This document shows, in pieces, positions 41,445 to 56,131 of a stretch of DNA of 64,000 nucleotides (positions are counted from its first letter, which is position 1; every line of letters starts with the position of its first letter). The notes under the pieces were generated by a model, which was not told the origin of the DNA, searched no databases, and saw nothing but the letters and a program-made list of their open reading frames with translations. A program made the position numbers and the translations under genes. Source of the stretch: Eledone cirrhosa (lineage: Eukaryota). The stretch lies in NCBI GenBank assembly GCA_964016885.1, contig OZ024747.1, forward strand, positions 6,510,001 through 6,574,000. The letters run 5' to 3'.

Positions 41445-41735
41445 CAGGCATGGGCAACTTTTTTCGAGAGGCGGGCCGCATGAGCTATGACTCATTATCA
41501 GGGGGGCCGCAAGCGCTAATTCACATTCATACCCACATTAAAAAGAAGAGCGGTAACTCAGGTTGTTTTGATTTGTTTCTTCAAAATTCGTACACATTGT
41601 TTTCCTCGATCGTAAATATGATAGAAAGATAAATTACGACTGAAAAGTTGGGGTAAAAAAATCAGAAAGATTTCACTTAGGTGACTTAGGTGAGCCATTT
41701 AGAAAGCTTCGTGGGGTGGAGGTTGCCCATGGCTG
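41445..41735. mobile_element. hAT/Charlie MITE (291 bp)
   Basis: TIR CAGGCATGGGCAAC / GTTGCCCATGGCTG; perfect 8-bp TSD GTCTAGAT. Confidence 0.92.
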
Positions 41736-42554
41736 GTCTAGATCGTCGCCTAACCTGCTAAAAATAGAAGCTAAATCTAGCTCATCTCACACTTCACTGT
41801 CTTGGAGAATGGAAATACATCAATATAGTGCTAGATATATTTCTCTAAAGCGACGGGATGTTCATGGCTGGAAAGCCTTTAGTAATACGTCTGTCGTAGC
41901 ATCGGCTCTCTTCAAACCCAGCCGTGATCGCCTTCAATCCTTTCGTGGTTGATAAATAAAGTAACAACCCGACTATGGCGGTCGGTTCTTCTTCTTCTTC
42001 TTCTTCTTCTTCTTCTTCTTCTTCATCCACTTATTCTTGGGTAATGTATATTGAAATTTCAAAGGAATGGTGGAAAGGTCAAGGACGAATGGGATAGACT
42101 TTGTTTGTTTGTTTGTTTAGTTTATTTATTTAGTTTATTTCTAGAAAGTTCCAGATGAATACCTTAGTCGAGATCTGTAAAGCTATGTTAGGTGGAATGT
42201 ATGTGTGTATGTATGTATGTGTGTATGTATGTATGTGTGTGTGTGTGTGTGTGTCTATGTATGTATGTGTGTATGTATGTATGTATGTATGTATGTATGT
42301 ATGTATGTATGTATGTATGTATGTGTGTATGTATGTGTGTGTGTGTGTCTATGTATGTATGTGTGTATGTATGAATGAATGAATGTATATATATATATGA
42401 ATGTATGTATATATATATATGAATATATGTATATATATATATACACACATATATATGTATGTATATATATATATACACACACATATATATGTATGTATAT
42501 ATATATGAATATATGTATATATATATGTATATATATATATGTATATATATATGA

Positions 42555-42598
<44 letters not shown>

Positions 42599-42603
42599 GA
42601 ATG

Positions 42604-42638
<35 letters not shown>

Positions 42639-42735
42639 GAATGTATGTATATATATATATACACACATATGTATATATATATACACATATGTATATATAT
42701 ATATATATATACACATATATATATATACACATATA

Positions 42736-42767
<32 letters not shown>

Positions 42768-43051
42768 CATATACAAGTATAGCTATATATATACAAGTAT
42801 AGTTACATATACATAGGTAATTTAAACGTTTGTTCTTTGTTGTGAAGTATTTGAGTCGGTCGAGTCAGTGGAACTGAAAAGAAATAAACAAATTGAAAAA
42901 TAAAATAAAATAAAATAAAATAAAATAAAATAAAATAAAATAAAATAAAATAAATAAATAAATAAGAGGGAAACAGGGAAAAGAAAGGAAAGAAACGTTA
43001 GAATATATCATGCTGACAGATTTCATGTCTTTTTCCTGGATAACAGTCGGT

Positions 43052-43302
43052 AGGTGGTGGTGCTGGTGGTGGTGTGGTGGTGGTGCTGGTGGTGGTGTGG
43101 TGGTGGTGGTGGTGGTGGTGGTGGTGGTGGTGGTGGTGGTGGTGGTGGTGGTGGTGGTAGTGGTGGTGGTGTGGTGGTGGTGGTGGTGGTGGTGGTGGTG
43201 ATGGTAGTGGTGGTGGTGGTGGTGTGGTGGTGTGGTGGTGGTAGTGGTGGTGGTGGTGGTGGTGGTGGTGGTGGTGGTGGTGGTGGTGGTGTGGTGGTGG
43301 TG

Positions 43303-43333
<31 letters not shown>

Positions 43334-43415
43334 GGTGGTGTGGTGGTGTGGTGGTGGTGGTGGTGGTGGTGGTGGTGGTGTGGTGGTGTGGTGGTGGTAG
43401 TGGTGGTGGTGGTGG

Positions 43416-43446
<31 letters not shown>

Positions 43447-44417
43447 GGTGGTGTGGTGGTGGTGGTGCTGGTGGTGGTGTGGTGGTGTGGTGGTGGTAGT
43501 GGTGGTGGTGGTGGTGGTGGTGGTGGGGTGGTGGTGGTGGTGGTGTGGTGGTGGTGGTGCTGGTGGTGGTGTGGTGGTAGTGGTGGTGGTGGTGGTGCTG
43601 GTGGTGGTGTGGTGGTGGTAGTGGTGGTGGTGTGGTGGTGTGGTGGTGGTGGTGGTGGTGGTGGTGGTGGTGATGGTAGTGGTGGTGGTGGTGTGGTGGT
43701 GTGGTGGTGGTAGTGGTGGTGGTGGTGGTGGTGGGGTGGTGGTGGTGGTGGTGTGGTGGTGGTGGTGCTGGTGGTGGTGTGGTGGTAGTGGTGGTGGTGG
43801 TGGTGGTGGTGCTGGTGGTGGTGTGGTGGTGGTGGTGGTGGTGGTGGTGGTGGTGGTGGTGGTGGTGGTGGTGCTGCTGGTGGTGGTGTGGTGGTGTGGT
43901 GGTGGTAGTGGTGGTGGTGGTGGTGGTGGTGTGGTGGGGGTGGGGGTGGGGGTGGGGGTGGGGGTGGTGCTGGTGCTGGTGGTGGTGGTGGTGGTGGTGG
44001 TGGTGGTGGTAGTGGGGGTGATGGGGGGTAGTGGTGGTGGTGGTGGTGATGTGGTGGTGGTGGTGGTGATGTGATGGTGGTGGTGGTGGTGTGGTGGTGT
44101 GATGGTGGTGATGGGGTGCTGGTGTGGTGATGTGATGGTGGTGATGTGATGGTGTGATGGTGGTGATGTGATGGTGGTGGTGGTGCTGGTGGTGGTGGTG
44201 GTGTGGTGGTGTGGTGGTGTGGTGGTGGTGGTGGCGTCGGTGGTGGTGGTGGTTGTGGTGGTGGTGTGATGGTGGCGGTGTGGTGGTGGTGTTGGTGGTG
44301 GTGGTGGTGGTGGCGGTGGTGTTGGTGGTGGTGGTGGTGTTGGTGTTGGTGTTGTGATGGTGGTGGTGGTGTTGGTGGTGGTCGTGGTGGTGATGGTGGT
44401 GGTGGTGGTGGTGGTGA
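43052..44417. repeat. (GGT)n microsatellite, degenerate
   Basis: Direct reading. Confidence 0.95.
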
Positions 44418-44977
44418 TAATTTAGAAGGAACAGGAATAAAGTATGGCTGATTATTTTTTGGTTGTTGTTGTTATTGTTGTTGCTATAGTGGTTGTTGTC
44501 TACCTGTAGTTGTTATTATGTTACCTGAACAAATTTAAATGTACCGCATAGAATATGTGTTCTCGGTAGGGGTCGAAACTGCCAGAAAGTCCATCTCGAT
44601 GGCTGAAGACCGTGGGGTTCTATGTCTTTCGTTTATCTTTATATTAAAAGAAAAAATTTTTAAGGTTTACTCTTTAAAATTTTTTTTCGTTCATTGTCCT
44701 CTTTTTTGTTTATTTTCCTAATTTTATATGTGTGTGTATGTCTGTCTGTCTGTGTGACTGTCTGTGTGTGTGTGTGTGTCTGTGTGTCTGTCTGTATGTC
44801 TGTCTGTGTGTGTGTGTCTGTCTGTCTGTGTGACTGTCTGTGTGTGTGTGTCTGTCTGTGTGTCTGTCTGTATGTCTGTCTGTGTGTAAATTCATACTCA
44901 GTGCTTATCATTAGGAAAACGGTAACAAAAGGATTAAAGAATTTATAATTATCATTATTGAAAAAGTTTGTTATATA

Positions 44978-45146
44978 CCGTATTTCCCGGCGCCGAAGAC
45001 GCTTCGTCCTCGAGGGCGCACCCTAATTTTGACAACCAAAACTTTGAAAAAAAATAATAAACAACCTTCGGCCTCCAGGACACATGGTAGATTTTTTTAG
45101 ATTTATTTTAGGAAACAAGTAGCGTCTTCGACGCCGGGAAATACGA
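44978..45146. mobile_element. pogo/Tigger-like MITE (169 bp)
   Basis: TA|CCGTATTTCCCGGCGCCGAAGACGC ... GCGTCTTCGACGCCGGGAAATACGA|TA. Confidence 0.8.
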
Positions 45147-45423
45147 TACTGAAATCCCTTCAAATTCTTGATTATTTAGAATATATATTTGAAAATGGTA
45201 AGGAGGTTTTTCATGAGAAATATGGTAAAGAAAAGGTTAAATAGCATCTATCAGTGGGATAGGAAGAAAAACAGGAACCACTACCATACCTTCATTAGTG
45301 AGAAAGATAGAGACAATAGACACATCCATTAACACACGTGGTTATGTTGGCTTACAGATTCAGTTACCACAAAAATGTGTATTATGTATGTATGTATTTA
45401 TGTACACATGTTTATACACACAC

Positions 45424-45478
<55 letters not shown>

Positions 45479-45667
45479 CATATATGAGTCTATCGGCATC
45501 AGAGAAAGGAGAAAGAGGGAATGTGGAGTGGTGGTGGTGGTGGTGGTGGTGGTGTTAAATCAAGACGTATATGTATATATATGTATGTGTGTGTGTATAA
45601 ATAAATATATATATATATGTATACATATATATATATACATATATATACATATATATATATATACACA

Positions 45668-45749
<82 letters not shown>

Positions 45750-45844
45750 AATACATATATATATATATATATAAATACATATATATATATATATATAAAT
45801 ACATATATATATATAAATATATATATATATAAATACATATATAC

Positions 45845-45879
<35 letters not shown>

Positions 45880-46031
45880 CCTTTCATCGGAAACATTCTT
45901 TAAATTGTTAAATGGAGAGAATGTGAAATGTTGTCACTTTACCGGTTGTTCATTAACTATTTATTTCTATAGTATTGCTGTTGTTGTTGGTGTTGTTGTT
46001 GTTTCTACTGTTATTTGATGTGGTGGTGGTG

Positions 46032-46131
<100 letters not shown>

Positions 46132-46258
46132 GTAGTGTGGTATGTGTGTGTGTGCTTCTGTGTAATGCACGTGTGTGTGTGTGTATTAACGTGTGCAAGC
46201 GTAACAGTATATATCAGTGTGTTCTTTTGAATGATATTGTTTACAAACTCACACACAC

Positions 46259-46333
<75 letters not shown>

Positions 46334-46337
<4 letters not shown>

Positions 46338-46619
46338 AGGCTTCCAACTCGTTTTCCTTTCGAGTACGGCCACTACTTTATATCCATGTAGGAGAACCCC
46401 TACCGATGCGCTGAACGAGTGGGACTTTTTAGTCCAGCCTGCGACTTGAAAACTCTGGTACAAACTTGTGACAATTATTGACACATAGTGCTGGGCCCAT
46501 GGTACCATGTGACGACAAGTGCAGAGAGATCTCCAGATATAAAGCAATGCCTGTGCTGTGAAGCTTATATAGTGAGTAAGGCACTGCACAAAGCCAGTCC
46601 CACTCTCTTAACCAAGATG
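46334..46619 (-). mobile_element. Bipartite RTE derivative, 5'-truncated copy D
   Basis: 3' half only; (TA)n on both sides. Confidence 0.85.
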
Positions 46620-46622
46620 GTA

Positions 46623-46675
<53 letters not shown>

Positions 46676-46811
46676 TGCAAGTACACTAACCTCCAATGTA
46701 CATACATATGTGTATGTATGTATGTATATATGTTGTGTGCGTGTGGTATATGTGTGTATATATATATATATAGATATATAGATATATATAGAGATATATA
46801 TATATATATAC

Positions 46812-46882
<71 letters not shown>

Positions 46883-46957
46883 ACACATAAATATATATAC
46901 GTATATACGAAGGAGGGCAACAAAGATAATGTGAGTTTGGGAATGAACAGGAGAAAA

Positions 46958-46991
<34 letters not shown>

Positions 46992-47409
46992 AACTCTATC
47001 TGGAAAAGAAATTCTATCTGTTATTTTCGAATCCGTTTTATTGAAACGGCAGACGATAGTTTAAAATTTCCACAATGTCTTTCTGAAGTCAGCGAAAGTT
47101 TGAGGAATGAAGAATTTAATGCTTAATAAAGAGAACCACGTTAAGGGTCAAATAGTAACTCTTTAAATGGCTTTCTTAATCGCTTTGATAATTTATTTAA
47201 CTTCCTTCCACTTCTCTCTCATATTTTAATCAAGATAAACTTGGTATTAGAGTTGCTGCTGTTGTCTTGATTTGCCATTGAGTGGCTGGTGACTAAAAAC
47301 TAGACATTTTCTTCCTGATTGAAGAATAAGTTCAAGATATTTATTGAGAGAACTAAACAGGGGTTGACTGCGAGCAAGATAACATCCATGAGTTTGGCTG
47401 GTCTTGCTT

Positions 47410-47615
47410 GAAGAAGAAGAAGAAGAAGAAGAAGAAGAAGAAGAAGAAGAAGAAGAAGAAGAAGAAGAAGAAGAAGAAGAAGAAGAAGAAGAAGAAGAAG
47501 AAGAAGAAGAAGAAGAAGAAGAAGAAGAAGAAGAAGAAGAAGAAGAAGAAGAAGAAGAAGAAGAAGAAGAAGAAGAAGAAGAAGAAGAAGAAGAGGAGGA
47601 AGAGGAAGAAGAAGA
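47410..47615. repeat. (GAA)n microsatellite, more than 60 units
   Basis: Direct reading. Confidence 0.97.
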
Positions 47616-48565
47616 TCCCTGGGCTGGTAGGACACATTTCAGTTGCTCTCCCCGGACAAGATCGCGAAAATACTACCATAGGAAGCAACCGTTTTCTAGC
47701 GTGGACTTCCTTTAAAGAGAAAACACCCAGTCAATGCCTGATATATATTTATCTTCAGTTGTTCGATCAATTCGTCAAATAACGTGTAATTTATTGTATA
47801 TTCCACAGACACGTGTAATTCTTAAACCGAATCAGCGTAACACAATATATGACAAGGCTGGACCTCTTTGAACTACAGGACCAATCGATTCGATAGGCTT
47901 CCATATACAGGGTGGGCCAGAATTCATGACTCGCTTGTTTGTTATATTTCTTAACATGGAAAACCGATTTAACTAAGCAGCGCATTAATTTAATGTATAC
48001 ATTTGTGTGCTTACCGTATCTTGTTCATGATCTTATGACTGTATATGGTATTATATTCCTTAACTTGTGTTATGATATTTTGTGTTAATAGATCTATAAA
48101 TAATCAAGTGAGTAGTTTCCGTTTATCCAATTTCTATCACAAGTCTTGGTTCAACCTTAAGCTAAAAGTAAAGACACGTGCCAAAGATCTACGCAGTCGG
48201 ATTTATCCGAGAATTTCGTGATTGCGAAGCGAACTTTTTATCTACACACCCATGACTATTTGGATGGTACATAGAGTATCATTGTTGAGTGTGGTGTAAG
48301 TATGTCTGACTATCAGCCGATGGAAATTAACAGTCATGGCTCCATCATTCTGAATCATGATGGAATTGTATGCTAAACCACAAAAGACAATGAAAACAAA
48401 TCTAACAATCACATCGTCTGCTACTTACAGGAAAGGTTTTAGAATCTAAATTACAACATTTGTAAATGTATTGAGTAGCAGACACAGTCAAGCGTGTATA
48501 TCTTTGGGAATAAATACTCTAGAAGTTAAAAATAAAATAGTCTAACACACACACACACGTGCACG

Positions 48566-48643
<78 letters not shown>

Positions 48644-48816
48644 TCAATACTCATCTTTTTCCATTTCTCCGAGGGTTCTTAACCCCACTATCAGGCTAAA
48701 TAATTTCTTTAATTTCTTTAGTCAAAATACGGCGATAGCTTACATTTCTAATAATTTCAAACCCACTCGCTGTTTCGAAAATATTCTTATATATATATAT
48801 ATATATAATATATATA

Positions 48817-48896
<80 letters not shown>

Positions 48897-48898
48897 TA

Positions 48899-48960
<62 letters not shown>

Positions 48961-48973
48961 GTATATATAAATG

Positions 48974-49066
<93 letters not shown>

Positions 49067-49067
49067 G

Positions 49068-49104
<37 letters not shown>

Positions 49105-49121
49105 GTATATATATATATATG

Positions 49122-49204
<83 letters not shown>

Positions 49205-49257
49205 GAACACTGGAGGGTTATATCCGCAGTAGTAGAGCACTCAGTCCATGGAACGAG

Positions 49258-49298
49258 TTTGGCTGAAGATCCGCTTAAGGTGAAACATTTGTTCTCGG
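49258..49298 (+). ncRNA. Hammerhead-like motif in (TA)n-flanked fragment 49200-49328
   Basis: CTGAAGA T CC-gcttaa-GG T GAAA CA-tt-TG TT; weak helix I. Confidence 0.45.
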
Positions 49299-49327
49299 TA
49301 TGGTGAACTAACTGTTGTGGAACGACT

Positions 49328-49360
<33 letters not shown>

Positions 49361-49849
49361 TGTCTGTGTGTGTATGTATGTATATTTATTCATATATTTA
49401 AATATACAGGGTTGATGGAAAGAAACTCTTTATTTAAAATTGCTAATAACTTTTTTAATTATTGATCTATTTTGAAGAGTACAGTGGTAGAAGTACAATA
49501 GAGTGTTACAATTCTACATAGGTACCAGCGTTGACAAGGAAGAGGTAATGAACGGAGAAGAAGGAAAATAAGATGTACAGGAGGAAACCGAAAAAAGATG
49601 AAAAAAATATAATAAATTGAAGAAAATGAAAAGAGGAAGAGGAAGAGGGATGAGAAAAAGAAGTCAATGAAAAAGATGGAAAAATAAACAACAACAAAAT
49701 AATTTAAATGAAGGAGAGTAAGAAGGAAGTAAAATGAGAAAATGAGAAATAAAAGGTGTAATGTATATTGGAGTGTGTGTGTGTGTGTGTGTAGGGGCAT
49801 GATTATAGTAAGGAGCTGTTTGTCTAGCAATGTTTCAAATCTCAAAGAT

Positions 49850-49948
<99 letters not shown>

Positions 49949-50052
49949 GTATGTATGTATATTGGGTAATATTAAACAATATCCAATTACAAGTATGAGA
50001 ATAGCTCAATGTAAAATAACAAAAGTACACACACACACACACACACACATAT

Positions 50053-50090
<38 letters not shown>

Positions 50091-50125
50091 AAGAGTGAAG
50101 AAAAACATGGTCGGCTGTACAAAAA

Positions 50126-50165
<40 letters not shown>

Positions 50166-50389
50166 AGGAAACAATTGTAAGCAAATAAATGACTTAAACT
50201 GAACTTTGATTATTGTAATCTCTATATAACTGCTCTGTAAAACAACTGATGTTATTACATTGAGCTATTTATCTTACTGGTAATAGGATAGTAATTAATG
50301 ACTATCTTTCACTATTTAGGGTTTGTGTATATATAATATATTACCATTAAAGGTTTTATTGCATACATAACCATAAATAGTACCCTTAA

Positions 50390-50448
<59 letters not shown>

Positions 50449-50691
50449 TATACATATCCCTCTTTCTGCCATTCTTTAACAGTTTCCTCTGTCTGTGACG
50501 ACATGTGTTTGTTACATGGGTGCATTCTTCTGTGACAGTCTTCCCGTGGGTGGGGACACACATGTGTGCAATGTACAAAAGTTTTACACACATATACACA
50601 TACACGTATACTATACACGCACGCATAATCACACACATATGTATCTATATGTACGTTTTTATCTGTATGTATTCCTATATATATATATATA

Positions 50692-51950
50692 AGTTAGATG
50701 TATGGTAGGTCGTATGTGAATCGCGATGATCACGTCTGACCTACCAAATATGTGACGGTAGCTAGTTAAGCTCTATGCGTATACGCAGAGCAGAAATATT
50801 AGTGAAAAAGAACAAAGGAACTATTATGACATTATAACAAGTTTATTGCCGACAGCCGTTTCGTCCGACCCCATGGTGGGACTTATCAAGGCATATAACA
50901 TGTGATTGCAAGATCATTGTTTACATCAACGTATCACTCAAGGCTATCAATAATTTTAGAATGTTTTTTTGTGATAATACAGGGTTAGATCATTGAACCT
51001 TTACCATTGTGCCTTCTTAAAGATACATTTTATGATTATTGTCTTTTTGCTTATGTATTTTCTTAGTTACCACTTTCTTTAATCTTGCCCAATTTGATAA
51101 ACTCCTTGAATTGCTCCCTAATTAAATTGCTTAAATTGCTTGGATTATTGTACCTATTATGCCTAAGTTGTATCTGTTGAAGCAGCCCTTTGAAAATTCC
51201 TCGGATATCCCAAATACCGTAATTTTTAATTTTTAACTTTTAATGTATAATTTTCCTCAATTCGTTTTTATATTTTTCCTCAAAGGCTCTCTAAAATTTT
51301 AATTCTTCGAAGGGTCTCTCGGAAGAAGTTCCTATTGGAAATAGTATAGGGGCCTTTTCTGAGAGATTTATGGAAGGCTCTCTGAATTAACCTCTAATTG
51401 ATTAGTTTCTTTCAACCTAGTTTTCAATTCACTTTTCTGAATTTTGTAAACGTGATCTCGGGGGAAGAAGGTTTTTTTCTTTCGGAAAAAATTTTTTTCT
51501 CTAGAAGAAATTTCATAGGAACTCTATATATTTTTTAGGGAAACTTTATATTTTTATTTTCTTATTTTATTAGCCTCTTAATTTTCTTCTAGACTAATAG
51601 GTGTATTGGAGCCTGTAAGCTTTATGCACTCATTGAGGGATTTTCTGAAGTGCTTCTACGGGACCCCAAGTCTTTTGGTTTAATGTTGATGCGTGAATTA
51701 TATATTTTTGTCTAATTTTTAAACTTCAATCCCTGACCCCGACAACTAATATAAAACAGCCCCCCTTAAAGCGGAGTTGCTGATGTATACAACAATTTCA
51801 AACTGCTAGCCTTGAGTGATACGTTGATGTAAACAATGATCTTGCAATCACATGTTATATGCCTTGATAAGTCCCACCATGGGGTCGGACGAAACGGCTG
51901 TCGGCAATAAACTTGTTATAATGTCATAATAGTTCCTTTGTTCTTTTTCA

Positions 51951-51957
<7 letters not shown>
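50692..51957 (-). mobile_element. 5'-truncated Penelope-like element with inverted pLTR
   Basis: Identical 151-bp inverted repeats (50796-50946 / 51807-51957), each with an HHR. Internal minus-strand decayed peptides (FPRDHVYKI; FGISEEFSKGCFNRYN; RYNNPSNLSNLI; YYHKKNIL) recall the PLE linker/GIY-YIG region. Extra hairpin tail on one side; (TA)n flanks. Confidence 0.75.
51860..51906 (+). ncRNA. Type-I hammerhead with U3-A8 core (mirror copy 50847-50893, minus strand)
   Basis: TGCC TTGATAA GTCC-c-ACC-atgg-GGT-c-GGAC GAAA CGGCTG TC / GGCA, then AATAAA; GUC triplet. Confidence 0.8.
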
Positions 51958-51986
<29 letters not shown>

Positions 51987-52239
51987 GTATATATATACAA
52001 TATATAGAGGTGTGTATAACATGTAATATAGAGTATATATATACCTCTATATATAGTATATAGAGGTATATACAACATGTAATATAGAGGTATATATGTA
52101 TATACTGTATATAGAGGTATATATATAACAGTATATAGAGGTATATATACACTATATTGAGGTATATATAACATGTAATAATGAATTTAAATACTGTAAA
52201 ACTAATGACATTAAATTGTTAAAGAAAAAATATACTTTT

Positions 52240-52491
52240 TCAATCCTGCAAATACAGAATGGTTTTTATGCTGCCAAAGAAGGAACCCAGCGCCAGAGAC
52301 ACCCACAAAAACGTGAATTTCAAACGCAGGCAAATTTTTTTTCTTCGTGAGACTGTTCGTATGTGAATCATAAATTCGTAATAAAGAAATGCGATGTACA
52401 GGACAAGCTTACATACACACACAATTATATCGTGCGAAACCATTTTGCTGGTTTTAGAGCTGATGAGGGTGAAGATGTGTGTCTTGTACAT
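52240..52491 (-). CDS. Candidate short ORF or exon with a basic stretch and hydrophobic segment
   Basis: Non-repetitive 83-aa ORF with GCCATG start; RRKK followed by FTFLWVSLALGSFFG. No family recognised. Confidence 0.2.
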   Translation of the reverse strand: MYKTHIFTLISSKTSKMVSHDIIVCVCKLVLYIAFLYYEFMIHIRTVSRRKKICLRLKFTFLWVSLALGSFFGSIKTILYLQD

Positions 52492-52803
52492 GGCATTTTT
52501 TTACTTCCTTCTTCCAATCACGTCTGTGCACCAGCACACTTCTCCTATGTTTGTGTGAGTATGTGGGTATGAGTGTATTTGTGTATGAAAGTGAGTGTAT
52601 ATGTGTATGTGTGCGTGTGCGTGTGTGTATGTGTGTATGAGTGTGTTTGTGTATGAAAGTGAGTGTATATGTGTATGTGTGCGTGTTTGTGTGTGTATGT
52701 GTGTACGAGTTAGTGACCTATTATGTTTTTTTAAAACATTTAAATGAAAACATGACCATACTCAAGTTTTATCTATTTCTTAGAAATATATTTTCCATTA
52801 TTC

Positions 52804-53981
52804 CTTTATTAGTTGTAAATGTGTTGGCGAGACAGTTCACAACTTCCACATATCACGACCTTTACTAGTTGTAAATGTGTTGGCGAGATAGTTCACAACT
52901 TCTACATATCACGACCTTTACTAGTTGTAAATGTGTTGGCGAGACAGTTCACAACTTCTACATATCACGACCTTTATTAGTTGTAAATGTGTTGGCGAGA
53001 CAGTTCACAACTTCTACATATCACGACCTTTATTAGTTGTAAATGTGTTGGCGAGACAGTTCACAACTTCTACATATCACGACCTTTATTAGTTGTAAAT
53101 GTGTTGGCGAGACTGTTCACAACTTCCACATATCACGACCTTTATTAGTTGTAAATGTGTTGGCGAGACAGTTCACAACTTCTACATATCACGACCTTTA
53201 TTAGTTGTAAATGTGTTGGCGAGACAGTTCACAACTTCCACATATCACGACCTTTATTAGTTGTAAATGTGTTGGCGAGACAGTTCACAACTTCTACATA
53301 TCACGACCTTTATTAGTTGTAAATGTGTTGGCGAGACAGTTCACAACTTCTACATATCACGACCTTTATTAGTTGTAAATGTGTTGGCGAGACTGTTCAC
53401 AACTTCCACATATCACGACCTTTATTAGTTGTAAATGTGTTGGCGAGACAGTTCACAACTTCTACATATCACGACCTTTATTAGTTGTAAATGTGTTGGC
53501 GAGACAGTTCACAACTTCCACATATCACGACCTTTATTAGTTGTAAATGTGTTGGCGAGACAGTTCACAACTTCTACATATCACGACCTTTATTAGTTGT
53601 AAATGTGTTGGCGAGACAGTTCACAACTTCTACATATCACGACCTTTATTAGTTGTAAATGTGTTGGCGAGACTGTTCACAACTTCCACATATCACGACC
53701 TTTATTAGTTGTAAATGTGTTGGCGAGACAGTTCACAACTTCTACATATCACGACCTTTATTAGTTGTAAATGTGTTGGCGAGACAGTTCACAACTTCCA
53801 CATATCACGACCTTTATTAGTTGTAAATGTGTTGGCGAGACAGTTCACAACTTCTACATATCACGACCTTTATTAGTTGTAAATGATTTGGCGAGACAGT
53901 TCACAACTTCCACATATCACGACCTTTATTAGTTGTAAATGTGTTGGCGAGACTGTTCACAACTTCCACATATCACGACCT
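52804..53981. repeat. 56-bp minisatellite (~21 units) with 280-bp higher-order repeat
   Basis: Unit CTTTATTAGTTGTAAATGTGTTGGCGAGACAGTTCACAACTTCTACATATCACGAC; GACTG variant at 53111, 53391, 53671, 53951. Confidence 0.95.
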
Positions 53982-55200
53982 TTTTTTTCTTGCTTTCTTG
54001 TGAAATAATATAACCACATTGTGGCTGTTGTTGTTGTCGTTTTTGCTTTTGTTGTTGTTATTGTTGTTGTTACTGTTGTTGCAGTTTTTATTTTTGTTGG
54101 TGTTGGTTTTTCTGTTGCTTCTGCTGTTGTTGTTGCTGTTGCTGTTACAGTTTTTGTTGTTGCTGCTTTTGGTGTTGTTGTTGCTACTGTTGTTGTTATT
54201 GTTGTTGTTGTTTTTTTTGTTTTGTTTTTTTGGCTGCTGTTATTGTTGCTTTTGTTGTTGTTGATGATTTTGTTTTTGCTGCTGCTGTTGTTGTTGCTGT
54301 TATTGTTGTCGCTATTATTGTTGTTGCTGTTGTTGTTGGTGAGGATCTTGGGAACCCTGTTGTATCTGTTTCTCATTGATCATGCCAAACTTGAAATTGT
54401 TTGAGAACTGATGAGAACTACTTGTCCTTGGTATCTAGTATTAGTTTCTTACCATGATGGAATAACTGTGTATTGTGTTACACATTGTAACTTTTCAATT
54501 ACTATACCACTCCAAAGGCGCTGAATTGGCAGAAGCGTTAGAAAGTCGGACAGAGTGCTTCACGGGGTTCTGTCCGACACTCCGGGTTCAAAAACCCGCG
54601 GAGGTCCACTTTGTCTTTCGTCTTTTAGTGGTCAATAAAACAAAATACCAGCCCAGTCCTGTGATTGGTTCTTTTGTCTGTATGTCTTACTTATTTCCTC
54701 TCTCTCTCTTACTTCTTTTTTTTTTATACTCTGGAAGAAATTGACTGTGTTCAGACCTGGAAAAGGCGGAAATTGCAAGATTTAAATACCCAACATGACG
54801 CCCCTACAAAATTTAATAGGAATTACTGATCCATGTATGCATACCTCTGTGACTAATCTCTAAGTATTTTAGCGGTGGTGGGGCTGATTGTGTTGTTAGG
54901 GGAGGGGGCTTATTGTGATGGTGGTTGACGGTTATGTTATCAATTAATATTTTTCTAAGTTAGCTTTATCTAACTTTGTGTAATATAAGGTGTTACAATG
55001 ACCCCTAGGTTTCAGATACATGGTCAGCTAGTGAGAAAGTGCTGTCCAAACATGACCAACGCGGCAGTAATAGTTTACAGATTATATATACTTATTTGAA
55101 ATCATATTACTTTCTTACTAAGATGAAATAACTGTGTATTAGATTTCACATTACAGGTCTCAGTTACCATATCTCTATGATTAATCTTTTAGTATTTCTT

Positions 55201-55298
<98 letters not shown>

Positions 55299-56041
55299 CT
55301 GTGTGTGTGTGTGTGTGTGTGTGTATCTGTGTGTGTGTAGGGTGGTGATTGTTTGGGGTAGCAGTGACAGTGCCTTGCTAATTTACCGAGCTGACTTATA
55401 GACAAGGTCCTCTCAAACTGCTTCTCTTAAATAATTCCAAAAAGGACTTAGATTAGCTCAAGCCACATGGGTTTCTCTCTCTTAACTGCTTCTCGCCACC
55501 TGAATACCCCTAGAGGGAGTTTCCGTCCTTAAATTGAGTATAACGTCCAACACACATAACATATATTGTTATCTGGCCATTCTGGTGCACTAACAAAGCA
55601 CTAGTAATGAATTTACTAAAGTTTACCAATGTTTATATCCAGATGACTTTGGAATTAAACCATCTTATACAATTATACGCTTATAATTATACACCGAAAA
55701 CTGTCAGATTTGTTTATATTTTATCATAACAATATTTTTACTCCAAACAAACAATATAATTACATTTTCCATGTTAGAACATTCTCCTAAATAAAAACAA
55801 ACGTAATTGGACTTTAATTCTTCAATTTTGAGAGAAGAAACCTCCACTCCTCCTGGACCCGAAAGCGATCTTGTTTCGTATATTGAAATATTTTTCAGAG
55901 GTCCTGTACTTACTCACACATGTACGTATGCATGTAAATATATATATATACATATATATATTTATATGATACATACATACATATGTATATATATATATAT
56001 AATGTTCCCCGAGGTATTTCACTCTGCTCTATTGTTTAGAA

Positions 56042-56131
<90 letters not shown>

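Noticed and set aside
47616-47720. Unique-looking coding-like stretch beside (GAA)n
   Set aside because: May be a LINE 3' end with a (TTC)n tail, but similarity is too weak to call.
52804-53981. CRISPR-like regular array (also 10526, 13955, 39974)
   Set aside because: Whole units repeat with no unique spacers, no cas genes, eukaryotic context.
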